DNA of 64,000 nt, taken from Raillietiella orientalis (Eukaryota). The stretch is taken from the NCBI GenBank assembly GCA_036172245.1, contig JAYWIR010000046.1, positions 248,001 through 312,000 of the forward strand. The letters are read 5' to 3'. The notes under the pieces are model-generated. The model had not been told where the DNA came from. It saw only the letters and a program-made list of their open reading frames with translations, and searched no databases. A program made the position numbers and the translations under genes. Shown piece after piece: positions 50,358 through 64,000 of the stretch (within the stretch, counting starts at the first letter, position 1; every line of letters begins with the position of its first letter).

Positions 50358-51030
50358 CTAAGTATTGCCGTGGTAAAGTAGGATGCGAGTAAGCTGTTCA
50401 AATGGGAGCATGAATGAAAGACTATTGTGTACGGCTGTCTTAGTTTGCTGTATTGAACTGAATGTCAGGGTGAAAAATCTGTCGTGGGCATAGGAAATGG
50501 GAAGATCCTTTAGTGGTGAGTGAACTTCAGACATTGGAAGATTGGATGCAGAGTGGAATTTTTGAAAGTGCTGTCTGGAAAGGAGGATGCACATTAGATA
50601 CTCATGGTTGATGAAATAGATGGGAAAGGATGGTGGCTTCAAAATGGAGAAGTTCTCCCAAGCAATTCTCATAGAGAGTCCGAATCGATACGGAAGACTA
50701 CGATCCCGCTGTTTAATTAGTTTCAATTAAAGTGTAGATATTTACAGCAATGGTCTGTTCGACTGAAACTCTTAGATCATTTGAGTTTCGAATGAGAGTG
50801 AGCGCGAGCCAGGTCGGATGCCCCCTGTGGTATGAGCATTTTGAAAGGAAAAATGAAGGAAAAGAGGTCCTCAGAAGGTCGTAAGCAGGGATGGAAGTTA
50901 AACTTGATTCCTTCTTTGTTGGAGCACTGGGGTCCTGGGTACGGAAAAATGAAAGATGTTCCTCGTGACCTGAGAATCCCGCGGCTGTATTCGCACAATG
51001 TATACCATACAGCGCAGACAGTGAATTCAT
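50358..51030 (-). CDS. Unassigned two-exon coding fragment (candidate 37-nt intron 50709-50745)
   Basis: GTAAAT...CTAAT...AACAG segment joins two adjacent ORFs in phase 0; no recognisable domain. Confidence 0.35.
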
Positions 51031-51119
51031 TACATATATACTCTGAAAAAAATAAAGAACAGGACACCAGTTTGGGTGGAAAGGTGGACTGGAAAATCAG
51101 AGCATCCTGTCATTCAGAT

Positions 51120-53522
51120 AATGGGTGTCAATCTGGCGGCCCGCGATGCTCTGCAGTAAAATGAAAAACGGAAGGATGTGTTACGAAGAAAATAGCAAGT
51201 AGCCGTCGCGTCATTGCCATGTCACATGCGCTATGATGAAGTGGTCAACCCTGGGAGACAAAGTCCAAATGCAGAGTTAAATATAACCCGAATTTTTGTT
51301 GATTTAACGAATTTTAATGAAAGGCATTTGCGCTAATTTCTTTGTCTCTATCGGCGTGCCAATGATTTGTCGGTTCTTTCTTTTGTAAGTTTTTTTTAAA
51401 AAATATAAGCAGTAGCGGTTGTTTGAATTTTCAAACCCCGATTTTTTATACGGAAAATGTTGCTTTCAACGCTAAACAAAAAACCAAAGATTGATGGCGA
51501 GGGAAGAAGATTTCAAGAAAGGTGGGAGCTGAACGTGGAAATGAGCAATAAAAGTACGCGCTTAATTTGCAAAGAATCAATTGGTGTCGCTAAAGAATAC
51601 AACAGGAAGCGTCATTGTAGAAACGAAAGAGTCACTAATCACGAAGAACAATTTTCGTGATTCGAAGGAAATATAAGAGAAGAAAAATGAAAAACAATGA
51701 AGGATTCACTTAATAGCCAGCAACGACTTTTTAGAAAATGTAATGAATCAGTAACAAGAGCTTGTTACGAAATAATCTATATATTAGCAAAACGTTCAAA
51801 ATCATCCACTGATAGTTCTTTAATCAAGGAATGTATGATAAAAGCTGCCGAATTCGTCTGTCCAGAAAAGGTACAGTCATTTCTAGACATATCATTATCA
51901 AGAAACACGGTGGCAGACAGAATTACTGAAATGGCAGTTCATAACAACAGTTCACAACTACAGGAAATATCTACCAAAGTCCAGTTGTTTTCAATTGCGA
52001 TTGATGAATGCGCGGATGTAAGAGATGTCGCACAAGTTGCTGTTTTTTTTTTCCCCGTGATTGCGATGGTATCACGAGGATCACCGAAGAATTGTCGGAA
52101 ATTTGATTCCCCTTCACGGAACCACAACTGGTGAAGATTCTTTTGGTGCCTTATGGAGGGTTTTAGAAGAATCTAAGTTTCCTCTTGACAGGCTTGTTTC
52201 TGTAACAACTGACGAGGCCAAATCGATGACGGGTGAAAATAGAGGATTTGTGTCAAGATTAACAGGAAAATTACAAGATGAATTTCCAGATAAACCGAAA
52301 ATCAGGGTTTTCCATTGCCTTATTCACCAACAAGTTCTCTGTTTAAAAATATGAAAAATGGACGAAGTACTTGAAACAGTAAGAAAGAGAGTCAACTTTA
52401 TTCGATCGAGAGCACTTAACCATCGCCAACTTACTTCGTTCCCTAAAGATTTAGAATCCCAATTCAAAGATCTTCCTTATTACATAGAAGATCGTTGGTT
52501 GTCCTTCTACAAAGTCCTGAAGAGCTCTTATCTGCTTTTGGAGAGAATAATCGCATTTCTTGAAATGAAAGATGAAAAGAACGAAAATATATCGGGTATG
52601 AAAGATCCTTTGTCGGTAGAAGACCTGGCATTTCTAACAGAAATTACAGGTCATCTGAGCAATCTTAATATTGCATTGCAAGGCAAAGATCAATTAATAA
52701 CGAATATGTACGACGCAATAGCAACTTTTGTACAAAAACTGACTTTGTTTAAAAATCATTTACAAAAAAAGTGTGAGCAGTTAAAGGCACAAAATCAAAG
52801 TTGCTCGTTTTCACAATATTGTGATAAAATTGAAGAGATCGAAAACGAATTCGATAAACGTCTTCATGATTTCAGAGAATTGCAAGAAACTTTTTCTCTT
52901 TTTACTGGTCCTTTTTCCTTTGAAGAGGAAAAATTTCCTACTTCGATACAACTCGAATTAATTGATTTCCAGAATGACTCGGTTTCATAAGAAAAAATAT
53001 CGAGAAGTAGGAATTTTCAAAATATATTCTTATTTTGGTGAAAAATACCCGGAAGTGAATAAGTTTACTGCACAAATTTTTCGCTACTTTGGGGAGAACG
53101 CACTTGGGTGAGTGAGTGCATGAAGTTTCGTACATGAAATGAAATAAAACGGCTCACAGATCAAGATTAACTGATAAACATCTATCTGCCATAATGAAGA
53201 TTGTTTGTTCTCAATTTTTGAATCCGATATTGAAAAGCTAGTAGAAGGAAAGAGCTGGCAAATTTCTGGTAAAGAAAATTAAATTTCGTTTTGTAAACAC
53301 ATTAAATTAAATAAATGTTTAAATAAAAGCAACAATATAGCAGTTTTATATTATTACACGAAATTCACTTAATTACACGATGTTTTTTAATTATTCTATT
53401 TATAAACCTGGATCGTCACTTCAAAATATAATTTTAAGAAAATTTGTAAATGTCCTGTGGCCCGTGTGAACCTTACCAGTCGCGAAAATGGCCCGCGGTT
53501 GAAAATGAGTTTGACACGCCTG
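51120..53522 (+). mobile_element. Decayed hAT DNA transposon (Buster/Charlie/SPIN, GTF2IRD2-like transposase)
   Basis: 8-bp TSD ATTCAGAT/ATTTAGAT (51112-51119, 53523-53530); imperfect TIRs (AATGGGTGTCAATCT ... AGTTTGACACGCCTG); LSRNTVADRI, FSIAIDE, HGTTTGED, VTTDEA, HCLIHQQ, VNFIRSRALNHR, RWLS and LNIALQGK motifs with stops and frameshifts. Confidence 0.92.
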
Positions 53523-54479
53523 ATTTAGATAAGCACGAAAACAAAATGAGAGTCAAAACAAAAACTAATCGTCATGTCATGGAAACCTGGAACCACGAAT
53601 ACTCTGCGCAACGTGAAGTAATGTACACAGCATGGTTTTGCGAAACACGGAAATACTGTGTGCAGGGACACTGAAGAAAAAGAAAATCATTTGTTCACGA
53701 AGGCAAAACATAAATCTCAACGACCAAATCCTTGGGAAAAAATTGCAATGCTAAATCAATCAAAGCAAGCATCGGTTGCTGTGGGAAGATATTGAAGTTT
53801 AAATCCCGTAAAACTGTTAAAAAAGAACATGAAACGCGCAATTTCCAAATGGAACACAAGAGAATGCTGAGAGATTAAAGAGAAAACATGCAATCTTCCA
53901 GGAAGATTACGAGATCATTCGAGAAAGATCTGGACAACAATTCATAGAAAGATAAAACAAGACTGGATACACTGGAAAGGGCAGTTATAGGCAGGCGATT
54001 TGTGAAACAGGAATTAGGGAAGCTTTCAATGAGCGAAAGTTCGTTTTCTCTGGATCTCGTCGGATGCACCATTTCGAACAGCTAGAAATATGCATCAAAC
54101 TCATGTAGCCATCGGTGAGTAGGTGAAGAGAATACGGAATGTTTGCAGAATCGTGTCACAAGAGGAGAATGAGATACTTACGTAAGCTAAACTGCTGGCA
54201 TTCGATCACGTAAGTCAACTCGGACATCGGGGACTAGAAGCTGTGGGCCGTACGACTGGGAAAGGTTATAGACTCTGTGGTCAGTCCGGGGCAGACATGC
54301 ATGGTTTCCGGGAGATCCATGGGGACCGTCACCGTCTTCGTTTGGATTTAGCTTCTCTTTCACATGTTTCCCTATCTGAAGTCTCGTCCTTCGGATGAGG
54401 GTACAGAGAATGAACAATGCCAGGACTGTACAGCTCAGCAGGTGTCCAACGTAGGGTTATACAAGGTAACTACTCCTTC

Positions 54480-55400
54480 CTCCAAGAGTCTTCAAAGAAT
54501 GTCTATCTTGCAATAGGAGCTTGAATTCAGGACTCTCTGAGGAGGGTTTGGCAGGTGTAAAGGTCCAAATCGTCTTCGGTGCTCCCGCATGCCGGAAATT
54601 ATTCGTCATCGGAATTGCAGGTCCAGTATCCAGCCTCGTGGCTCACAGAATCCCGCCGTGAGAAAACATGAGGAGGAAGCTCTGGATGTTCGACGGATCT
54701 GCATAGGACGATTCCGACGGTTTGTACCTAAGAGCGGGTTGTCTAAACTTTGCCCTTGCTGCGATCAGGACCTCTGCTGCAGTGACTTGCAACTGCTCCT
54801 CGTGTTCCAGTGCTCAAAGTTTGAGATTTGAAAACTGCGGACCCCGATTCGGCCCAAGTTCTCGGGCCTTGTGAGTCATCCATCCTTGCATCTGGCGTTT
54901 GCACTGTAGCACTCCAACTTTGTAGATGTTACCACCGGTGGACGTTTGATCTCCGTCTCCGATAAAGAGTCGTCTTTTCTTTTGGGAACATTTTTTTGTG
55001 GCCCATGTGACGGTTACGAAGAGCGGAATCACCCTGGCCAGAGCATTGCTCCAGAGTTCTCTGCTCTTTGGGACGAACTTCAGTACAATGTTCTGGATGG
55101 AGAGTTGTTACCTCGGTACTGTCGGAGTGATCTTCTGCCACGTTCTTGGAATCCCAGACAGGGCGGACATCAGACACTCGATTCCATTTAGTCAGCTTGC
55201 GTTGGTGGGACATGTACGGCCAGTCGCTCCCAACGTTCGTGTGACGGGTCAGCTGCTGCAACTCTTGGAGTTTGCCAATGTGCCCGATGTCTCGTATACT
55301 GATCTTTCATCAGATCTCATGCGACACGAGTACTTGATTATGACTCTCAGTCCCTTGACATTTTACACGAGACTTCTCCGGGGGTTGTTAGAAAGGTGTT
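54480..55400 (-). mobile_element. Family-B-like ORF2 C-terminal relic
   Basis: LKFVPKSRELW...VIP resembles IKIVPRSRELWQQESIVVIP. Confidence 0.55.
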
Positions 55401-55469
55401 TCACTACCTGCTTCTGTATGCTGAAGAACGTCGCATCCAACAGGAAATTGGTTGAAGGGATGATTGAGA

Positions 55470-55800
55470 AAGTTTAATAAAAACCTTTTAGTATCTAAAA
55501 TTTTTCCGTTATTCAATGAAAAAACTCATCAAGGGAAGCAAAATAGAAACTCTGGAATCATTTCTTTACAATCTGGTTCATTCTTTTGCTATGCAGAGGA
55601 GTACTACCAGTGTGCAGCATTAAAGATGTACGTGTGGATACGCGCTTACAAAACTAAAGTGACCTTGAGAATTCCATGAAATCGAAACATTTCTGATGTT
55701 TTTGAAATAATCGCACTCGTGATATTCTCTGAACTGTCTTCGCTGATTCTGGAAAACACGAAAAATCATCCGAAGGAAGCGAGTCTTTCTCTATGAATCT
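55470..55800 (+). repeat. Diverged third copy of part of the duplicated block (about 30680-31085)
   Basis: QGKQNRNSGIISLQSGSFFCYAEEYYQCAALKMY versus QGKQKRNFGVILLRSGSFFCHAEEYYQCATLKMY. Confidence 0.8.
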
Positions 55801-56479
55801 TGCATGCTTTTCAAACAAGTTTGGCGTAGTTGCCAGTAATGGTCATCTCGACATAGTAAATGTAGGGTCATCCACATGCTGCATGCAATTTCATCCGCAC
55901 ATAATCACACACGGAGACTCAGGTTTTAAACTCATCCACAATCATTGCAATGCTGCGTCCAACTCACAATGAAGTCTTATAACTACCGCAACAGCGCAAG
56001 CAGCATGGAAGTGCGCAACCACTGCTATTGCTGTGGCACTGCACCCAGTCGGGAGAGGTGCCAAATTTCACTGCGATTCGAGTCATCAGTCTTCGTTTTC
56101 GTTCCAAAGTATTGCAGTATAGATGGGGTTACCACCCGGGTACGCCCGAGGCGGCAGTATAGATGGGGTTAGGCTTGCTGAATGAGCGCACTCTCCCACT
56201 CTCCTTGAGGCCGACCTCAGCAACGGCCTTCTGCCTCTCGTGCACTGCTGGGGTTAGTCCTGTGCTGAAGAGCACTCACCCAGTATTCGCCAGAAAGCTC
56301 ACTCACGATCCGCGCAGGAAATGCAGAATGTTGGAGCGGTTTCCGTTGAAGATACAGGGTCATACGTGCTTGGACTCATCAGTTCCAAAAAGATTGGCTC
56401 CCACAACCAATCACACTCAAATGTACCAAGATCTTGCAAATTGTAAACTATCCTTTTCAATTACGCGAGTTCCTCGGAC

Positions 56480-56960
56480 CATTCTGAGAGAACATACTGA
56501 TAATCTGTTGTAAGGTGCACGATCAGCATGTAGTTCCAGGTATGGGTTCTCCTTCGCTCCAACTTAGATGACAGCAAAGCGAGCGGGGTGGTGTTTGATG
56601 AAAGCTGGGAAGTCAAAGGTTCATTTCCATATGATGCCGAAGGGAACGGAGAGCAGCACAGTCTAGGAGCGAGTGCGGTAGCTTGTCCCCACACGTATCA
56701 CATCCCGCATCCATAGTGCCCCGGATGCAGCGATCAAGGTGTGCTTTGGATGGGATTCTCCAATCCAAGACTAGCAGCCCCTGCCACTCTAGAGGGATGG
56801 TGCCATTGTTCCAGCACGATGGGGGCCACTTTGGGTGCAGGAATTCTGACCAGCTCGCTGAAGTGCATGACTCCTGTGGGTGGAACACTCGGGATCGCAG
56901 CATCCGTGAGCTTACGTGCTGTCCCGGACGCGAAAGTTTCTTTTTGGCTGCAATGTAGCA
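56480..56960 (-). mobile_element. Family-A ORF2 C-terminal relic
   Basis: KLTDAAIPSVPPTG, PLEWQ and CDTCGDKLPHSLLDCAALR motifs. Confidence 0.75.
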
Positions 56961-57449
56961 GATGACTTCTCATTATGCGGATTCAAACTTTCCTCGCTTC
57001 CCTTAGGAATGGCAGAAAGAGAGTAAAAAATGTAGAGGATGCCCACGGAGTCTTTCGTTGGTTTCCCACAATCGGCAGACGCCAGAATCCAAGTCACACC
57101 CTTCTCATTGCCCTGTCATGTGTCCCCTCATCTGCCCCATCCATCTCTTTCCCCTCTTCCATCTAATGGGATTCTATGAACGTTTAAATGCCTTTTTTTT
57201 CCGCAAGAATAAGAATTGCTGCATGCTTACACATACAGATTTCTTAATACACATAAACGTTCCGCCACAATCGGTCATCACACCAAGGAAATCTCGTTGA
57301 ATCCTCCCGTCGTACTATGTAAAAATTTACCTCTCTCAGTAGGGGCTCCAACCGCCCATGCACAAGAAACCCAACGCTCCTTGTGTGCATCACGCCACTA
57401 TGGAAAAAGAGCATGCTACCCGAATTACTACTACTGTTACCTTCGTTTT

Positions 57450-58950
57450 GAGTCACCTCCGCGACCTCATGCGCTCCGTGGAGCAGGCAGGGATCGAAGT
57501 GCTCCAGGATAGCAGCAGTCTTTTGCCTTTCGTCGTCATTCCTTGGCCTGTTGACGTTCCAGAAGAATACTGTGAAACGCCGTCAACAGACTGGTTCGTG
57601 ATTTCTGCTGCTAATCCCACGACCACATCCTTGTCGCTCTTGTCGACGAGGTTGCTGGATGCTGACGCATCGTGGATCAGGCCGCTCGCGAGTCCTTGCG
57701 CGTTCATGTTCTGGACGTTCGCGGATGCATCGACTCTACGAGAAGGTATTGCGAGAGGAGTCTACGTAACGACACGTGAAATCATTCATTTCATAGTTCA
57801 CTGTCCAAGAGGTCTCTTCCACTCCATCATTCCGTTGGTGGGGTTCGCACCAGAAGGCAGTCGGCGGGAAGTTACGCTAAATCTCATCGCTCGATGGTCC
57901 ATCAAGGAGGAGGTGGTCGTGAAGTTCCTTGTAATGCTGAGAAGCTGAATAGAAACGTGCGCACCTTCTAAGCACGTTCACGTGTGAACAGATTCCGCGG
58001 AAGAGGAATCGTCTTTCCAGTGCCTCCAAGATGAAGATGCCGATACTGATGTCTCGTCTGCTTGCGCAAATGTTTCAGATCTCGAATGAAACATTAGCGG
58101 ACTGGCGGTCCCCCACAAGGTCTTTATGGAGAGCTGGTCTCACATCAGGAGAGAAACAAAAAAAAAAAAGAGAGGGAGGGAAGTGGCAAAGATATTTGAA
58201 ATGGAAGCCCGCTCTGAAGGAACGAAAAGACCTACTGGAGATGTGGCCAGCACCAGCTCCTTCTTCACAAGAACGACCGGGCCACGCTCCCGTCTCGTGG
58301 AACACCCAACTACTTTGAGTGTTTTGCAACTGGAATGTCAAGTCGGCATACTAACGATAATCCGGAAGACACGGTCGCAGACTTCAACTTGTTTGCCATC
58401 ACGTCCGCCCCTGTGAGTTGGGTACGGGCAATATCGTGACGGAGGACGGCAACCCGGACGTAATTTTCTTCAGCTGAAAACTTTTCTTGCGCCCGCCCTT
58501 GTGTGGAGAAGGTCGAATAAGACTTCAAATCTGACTTCAGAGGTATACCGGGTTGACAGAATTAGCAGGTCCCAGGAGTGCGCCAGTACAGACGGCATGC
58601 TCGTGCTAAAAAAAGGAGGGACTCCTGGGTAGGCCTGCATACCTTTTCCACTAGCGCAAAGTGTAATCAAAGCGGACTGAGACCATGGCTGGGCCGAATT
58701 CTCTCTACCGGCACGTCGTACATGGCCGTTGAAAGATTGTCGTGATCGCGGAGCGCAAAGATGCGCTCAAATAGCCAGAATAGTGAGCAGAAAACTGAGT
58801 TTCAGGAGGATGAACACATTTTGGTGACAAAGCCAAACGACTTGAGAAACTCGACTGTGACGTCCAGGTCAGCCTGGATCGCAGCCATAACATCGCGAGT
58901 TCCTAGGACGACTACGCTACGCTGCCGTGGATATTCATCTGTTTTTCGCA
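57450..58950 (-). mobile_element. Possible DIRS-like relic (RT and tyrosine recombinase remnants)
   Basis: VTVEFLKSFGFVTK resembles the segment after YLDD in DIRS RTs; LLAIPSRRVD and RLLLSW resemble recombinase motifs; catalytic motifs are not intact. Confidence 0.25.
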
Positions 58951-60421
58951 CCCAACCCTTGCATCCACCAATAACAAGAAAAGAAATTTGTTTGTTTCCA
59001 ATAAATCTGGTCCAATTTAAGAATAGCAACCTATCATTTGTATTACATAGATTGAATCCTATTTAAAATAGCTAAGACATCGAAACTCTTGACTTCTAAC
59101 TGAATTAGTGAATAAAAGTGGAAGTTTCCTGAATGAAATTTAGAAATTTACTTGATCATTCTCGCTATGAATGCTAGAATAATAAGCTGCTAATATTGTC
59201 CACCTTTTTGATCCTTAATCCGTACTTTGTCCTCCCATGCTACAATGTCTGGAATTTGGAGCAAAGGGCTCTGAACTGGCGTCATACATGACCTTTTGCT
59301 TATTTTCAAAATCTGCTTTTCTTATCAATTCACCTTCACCTTCTATTTATTTTCTTAGATGAAGCAATACAAATTTATTGGCGTGTACGATCAATCATTT
59401 CAATAGCACAACCATCTCCAGCAAGTAACACTAGAAGGGAGAAATTTTCGTTTTGCAATCTTGTGGTAAAGCACACAACCTGATTTAAGAGTAACTTGCC
59501 ATACTACAAAACCAGCTGTTTCAGTCTACTTTTTCCACCTTTAGATACGAACTCATTTGCTTGGCTTCGTTGAAAACCTTTCACATCTTTATTTTGACAA
59601 CCAATTTATTATTAACCTTATTTTTAAGCAAGGTGATGTCGCAAATATACGTACCTTTTTAAGTATGTTTTGAAGAATAAAGAGCCCATGATGAAACACT
59701 TGTTGCGACCCTAAATTTACTTCTTTCAAACGTATTTTATTCACTGAAGTGCTGTGTTTTCCATCCGACCTCACACTTGAGAGACCATAGTCATGTGACT
59801 CATTTTGCTGATCAGACTTGAAGCGATATCTTTCGAATTCAAAGCTTCCCACGCAATGAAATCATTTTCCTTTTTAGCACTCCCTAGACTTGTTCCTTAC
59901 GCCATGGCTTTACTGCTTGGAATAATCAAAAGGGAATGCTCCTTGATCAAATGATTCTTCCTTTGGATTCCGAAACCGGTGCTTTCTTTCTTGTTCCTTC
60001 GCATGCTCTCGTGGTACTGATGCAGGTTTCTCAGCATGTTATGCTGTATTCAGGCATGACAAACACAAAGATTTTTTATTATCTGTTGGACCATTCAGTT
60101 TACCCAAATACCCTAAAGCACTTTTCATCACATCGGGGTTTATCCTATTTCTAGTGCAATCATAAATAAATGCACCTGCAACCCATTTTGTTTTTTCTGC
60201 TCTGTTACTTTCGATTAAGATTTCAATCTGAAATAATCTCAGTTGCTTAAAGACCCTTGGAGTTTCTTTGTCAGGTTGATTAATGCAGCCAGTCCAAGTG
60301 ATGTCGTTTTTAGGACTTGGCTGCGTTACTTCCGCTGCGCCGATTGGCGATTTGTGCATCGTGAGCGCCTAAACCAATTGGTGTTGAGTGGTAACTGGAA
60401 AAGACCGAGTGAATTCGAACA

Positions 60422-61362
60422 ATGACGCCGATGTGGACCCTAAGGAAACTCTTGCCCACGTCCTATGTCACTGCCCTACCTACCTCGGCAAGAGCATCAC
60501 CACTTGACACAATTGCGTCGCCGACCCCCTGTTCTCACTTCTTCGCCATCGCTGCTCTATTGCAACGGTCGACAGAAGAGTCTCAGCCGACAACTCCACC
60601 CTCCATCCCGATGTTTTCCTACAGTATCACATGACCGCAGTGATCCTCGATGTAGTGATCCCCTTCGAAAGTCGTCATGCCTCCTTCCTCCGTGCGCGCT
60701 CCACCAAAATTGAAAAATACTCTCATTTGGCAGCCCGACTTCGCGAACAAGGACTCTCCACCATAAACCAAGCCATCGTGGTTGGAGTCCTTGGTTCGTG
60801 AGATCCGGCAAATGACAGAGTACTCAAAATCCTTGGCCTTCCTATCCATGTGATCAAGTCGTTTGCCCACCACATGTGTCGAGAAACCCTGAAATTCTCT
60901 AGGGATATCTACGTCTCCTATATTACAACACCCGCCAGCAGTAACCACCCGGAACCCTCGGCAGAGACTATCCCAGAAGCATTCTACCCCCAGCATGATT
61001 GTGCAGCCCGACACGTACACCAACCAGCCGACGTCATCGCCCCACTTCAGGCACAACCGACCCCGAATCCGTTAGCGAAGCTTTTGCCATTCTTGCATCC
61101 TTATAAGAAGGCCATATAGGTTGCGGCTCCCACACTGTAAACTCCCCGACCCGGTATAACCGTAACCCCAGTCAGTGTGTCCCACCACCCACCAACTTCC
61201 CTTAGACGAAAACCCCAAATGTGAAAAATCCCAACAATGTACCTCCCGAATGACAATAAGCACTCATCTGTAAAAACTTCTATTGAAATTAACAAATTTT
61301 ACAAAATCTCGAAAAATGGGAAAAAATGTCATCTACATGACGTAATAAACATTTCCTAAAAA
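60422..61362 (+). mobile_element. 3' fragment of a NeSL/Utopia-like element (RLE endonuclease + 3' UTR)
   Basis: KETLAHVLCHC, *HN, VILDVVIPFE, KIEKY and IVVGVLGS motifs; AATAAA near 61344 followed by a short A run. Confidence 0.8.
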
Positions 61363-62399
61363 ATACTAACTTTGAACTTACAGTACCATCTAAGAATTTT
61401 CCTTTTCGTCATATGAGGATGGTTCTTGTCTTGCCATGACCGTCCATATATAGAACCGCTTGCTTGTTGACTAGAGAAATTGCCCCATTTTGTATTAAGA
61501 ATTTTGATTCTTGTGTAATTCACCAGACTTCCCAAATCGCTGCAGGAGAATCCCTTCCTCGCCCGATTGCTGCTTCGAAAGGGAAAGCGCGCTGGGTGGG
61601 TGGCGACGTCGGAGCCTGGCGCGCTGTTTCGCATTCGCGAGGCGCCATGCCTGCCGCCTCGGGCAGAGGACGGCGCTCGTCCGCTGCGCCGGACGGTCCG
61701 CTCTTCCACTCCGTCTCCGATGGAAGGTTCTGGTTGCCCAGGGCGACCGGCATCATTGTTTCGTCTTCGAACGTTCCAACAAAGGAAGAAACTTTTTTTC
61801 ATTCGAGAGGAAGCTTCTGTCCACATCGGGCATCTGTGCGCTCTCTCTGTGTTTGGAAGGTTCTGTTTGACCACAGTGACTTGTTCTTGGTGAGCGTGTG
61901 GTAGCCGTTGGTTCGTGCAGGAAGGTGTGCAGTGCGACGCCGGAGGGTGAGAAGGTAGTGTGGGCGCTGGCGCGGTCGGAAAGCGACGCCGGATGCGAGG
62001 CGCAGGGGTCGGCGAGCGAGCGGCTGTGGCTGGCGCCGGCGGTGACGTCACGCCGTCATCCACCGCACACGCTGTCTTGCCTTCTTCGGCCGTCGCCTGC
62101 GAGCACTCGCTTTAGAGAGCGGTCGGTGTTTGGTGGGGGAGCGAGCAGAAGTCAGCTGCGTGCGGCGGCCGGGCGTTGGAGTAGGTGGCCATGCCCGTCC
62201 ACGCCATTGCCCGTTTGGTGCTTGGCTCCGATCGCGTTCGTGCGCGAACCGTCGAGATGAGCGAACGCTTCGGCCAGTTCCCCTGCGCGCCACGCTTGAG
62301 TGCGAGGCAACTGAATCAGTCGCCCAAACGGCCAGGAGCGGAACGCCAATTTTCGCCGGTTTTTCCAGGTCGGAGTGCTTCCAGTGCAGTTAGAGCAGC

Positions 62400-63150
62400 T
62401 GGTACGGGCGCGCCATGGACAGCGTCGTGCTCAATGCCTGGCGCGGTCAATAGCTCCAGTTGCCTGCGTTCCACGGAAGCGGACTGTCCGCTTTCCGGCG
62501 TGCTCTGCTGGATCTCGGCCGCACTTCGGCATGGCGAGATCGGTGCTCGTCCTTGCACCTCGGTCGCTTTCCCAGTGCGCTCCGCGTCGGGACGGCGGTC
62601 TCAGCCTCCTGACGCTGGAGCGCTTGGAAATTCAGCTGCGATGGCGCACCATGGCCATCACAGCGAAGATGTGGAGCACCTCTTGGTGCATTCCGGCCTG
62701 CCTCCTCGCCAGCCGTGTATCCCGGTGCGATGGACTCGCGTCTTTTCTTCTGTGCCCACGCCGGAGGATCAGAAGATGCGGCCTACTGCTCGGGCACATG
62801 GCAACCCTGGCGAAGGAGAACAGCTGGATGGTTTGCAGCCCCGCCAACTCCTCCGCCTGGCTGGAGGAGAAAATCGGCACCTGGGCAGTAGTAAACCAGA
62901 GGAGCCACGAGTCATGGAATCTCGAAGACCACGTCTCTGGCGGGCTCGGTGGACAGCAGACTGGGTGCTGGACCCCACCGTGCCTGAAGAAGCGCCTCCA
63001 TAAACGTCGAAGATTTCTCCGTCTCTGAAAGGAAAGGAAAGAGATTAGCCACGGAAGGAGAATCTTCCGTGACGTCCCCTGGGGAGCACCCTCCACCCTC
63101 TTTGCGGCATGCGGTCGAGTTTGTCCGAGCGTCCTCATGCTCCACCACGT
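62400..63150 (+). mobile_element. Family-A ORF2 fragment
   Basis: CAPRRDGGLSLLTLERLEIQLRWRTMA...WSTSWCIPA. Confidence 0.8.
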
Positions 63151-63166
63151 ACGTGGGAAAGCGACC

Positions 63167-64000
63167 TTATCACCCGGGTTCGCCTGGGGCGTTTATTGGA
63201 AAACTCTACATTCGCGGTACAAGGCCCCACTACGGCCAACTCAACAGAACCTGCCGGGTCGCCGGTACGCAGACCGGCACGGCTCTCCTCGGCAGCGGAA
63301 AGGGATGGGGGAAAATACAAAAAGAAAAAAAAAACAATAAGAGGAGAAAAAGAATTTGGAGGGCCGGAAAGGGATCACTGACCACGCTCCACCGAAGGAG
63401 TCCCTTGGGAATATGACGAGGCGTGGCGGCATCTGCCAGCTCGCTAGTCCTCCAGCCGCCCATGGGTTGGGATGCTCCTGCAATAGTGCAGCCGACTTCC
63501 CACCTTGCCGGCAGGCAACTGTCATCACTTACCCTTAGGGCAGACAGCGCTGCGGCAAGGGGCGTGGCGACCAGGCTGGTCCACTTGCCCTGGTCTTGTA
63601 TCAAATCTTCCAATAGAGGATAAGAGGAAAGGTGCACGCAACGAAGTTCTATTAGCGGCACTTCCCGACACCTTGCCCAAGACGATAACGCTTCCTGCCG
63701 CCAGGCATTAAAGTTCGTTGGGCGGCAGGAGATTCAAGTGTGGCTCCCAGGAGCCGGTAGAGAGGTTTCAAGTAGAAACCGAAGCTTCTCGTGGCGCACT
63801 CCGTATGCAGCAGTAACGAAAGAAGTCCGTCGCTGCCGGTGCAGCGCCGCAGTAGCAGGCGCGCGGGAGCACACCACGGAGTGGATCACAGTTTGGCGGA
63901 AAGGATCAACATTCGAAACTGCACTGCAGTTCGACTTTATCCAACGTCAGGATACCTGAACCGGCATCCCGACACGGAGACGCCAAGTCTTTTAGGCGGA
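63167..64000 (-). mobile_element. Family-A 3' UTR joined to an ORF2 fragment lacking the zinc-knuckle region
   Basis: 3' UTR similar to 33403-33612; coding PARWEVGCTIAG...ELADAATPRHIPKGLLRWS; runs off the window end. Confidence 0.8.

Noticed and set aside
54187..54440. Possible minus-strand exon with a hydrophobic segment and a nearby GTAAGTAT donor
   Set aside because: No homology or partner exon could be identified.
61356..62400. Long overlapping ORFs in the GC-rich segment
   Set aside because: No recognisable domain in any frame; possibly a LINE 5' region, but I cannot support a call.

Overview
Eukaryotic, probably invertebrate animal, DNA that is mostly nested non-LTR retrotransposons. 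Two L1/Tx1-like lineages dominate. Family A occurs as many 5'-truncated copies with TSDs and a structured 3' UTR. Family B has one near-complete ORF1+ORF2 copy plus relics. There are also NeSL/Utopia-like RLE fragments, a decayed hAT transposon and a possible DIRS relic. Host-gene content is three paralogous BTB-BACK genes in old segmental duplications, LRR relics and the last two exons of a guanylyl cyclase. Highlights: (1) a full-length, structurally intact U4 snRNA fused to the 5' end of the near-complete family-B LINE inside one 19-bp TSD; (2) a polyadenylated 5.8S+ITS2 pre-rRNA retrocopy with its own TSD and a nested LINE; (3) a covarying 3'-UTR hairpin with a conserved CUGCG(U/A) loop in six family-A 3' ends; (4) apparent 31-44 nt spliceosomal introns; (5) near-identical patches within otherwise diverged duplicates, suggesting gene conversion. 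All calls come from reading the sequence by eye, with no database searches. Boundaries of decayed relics and percent identities are approximate.
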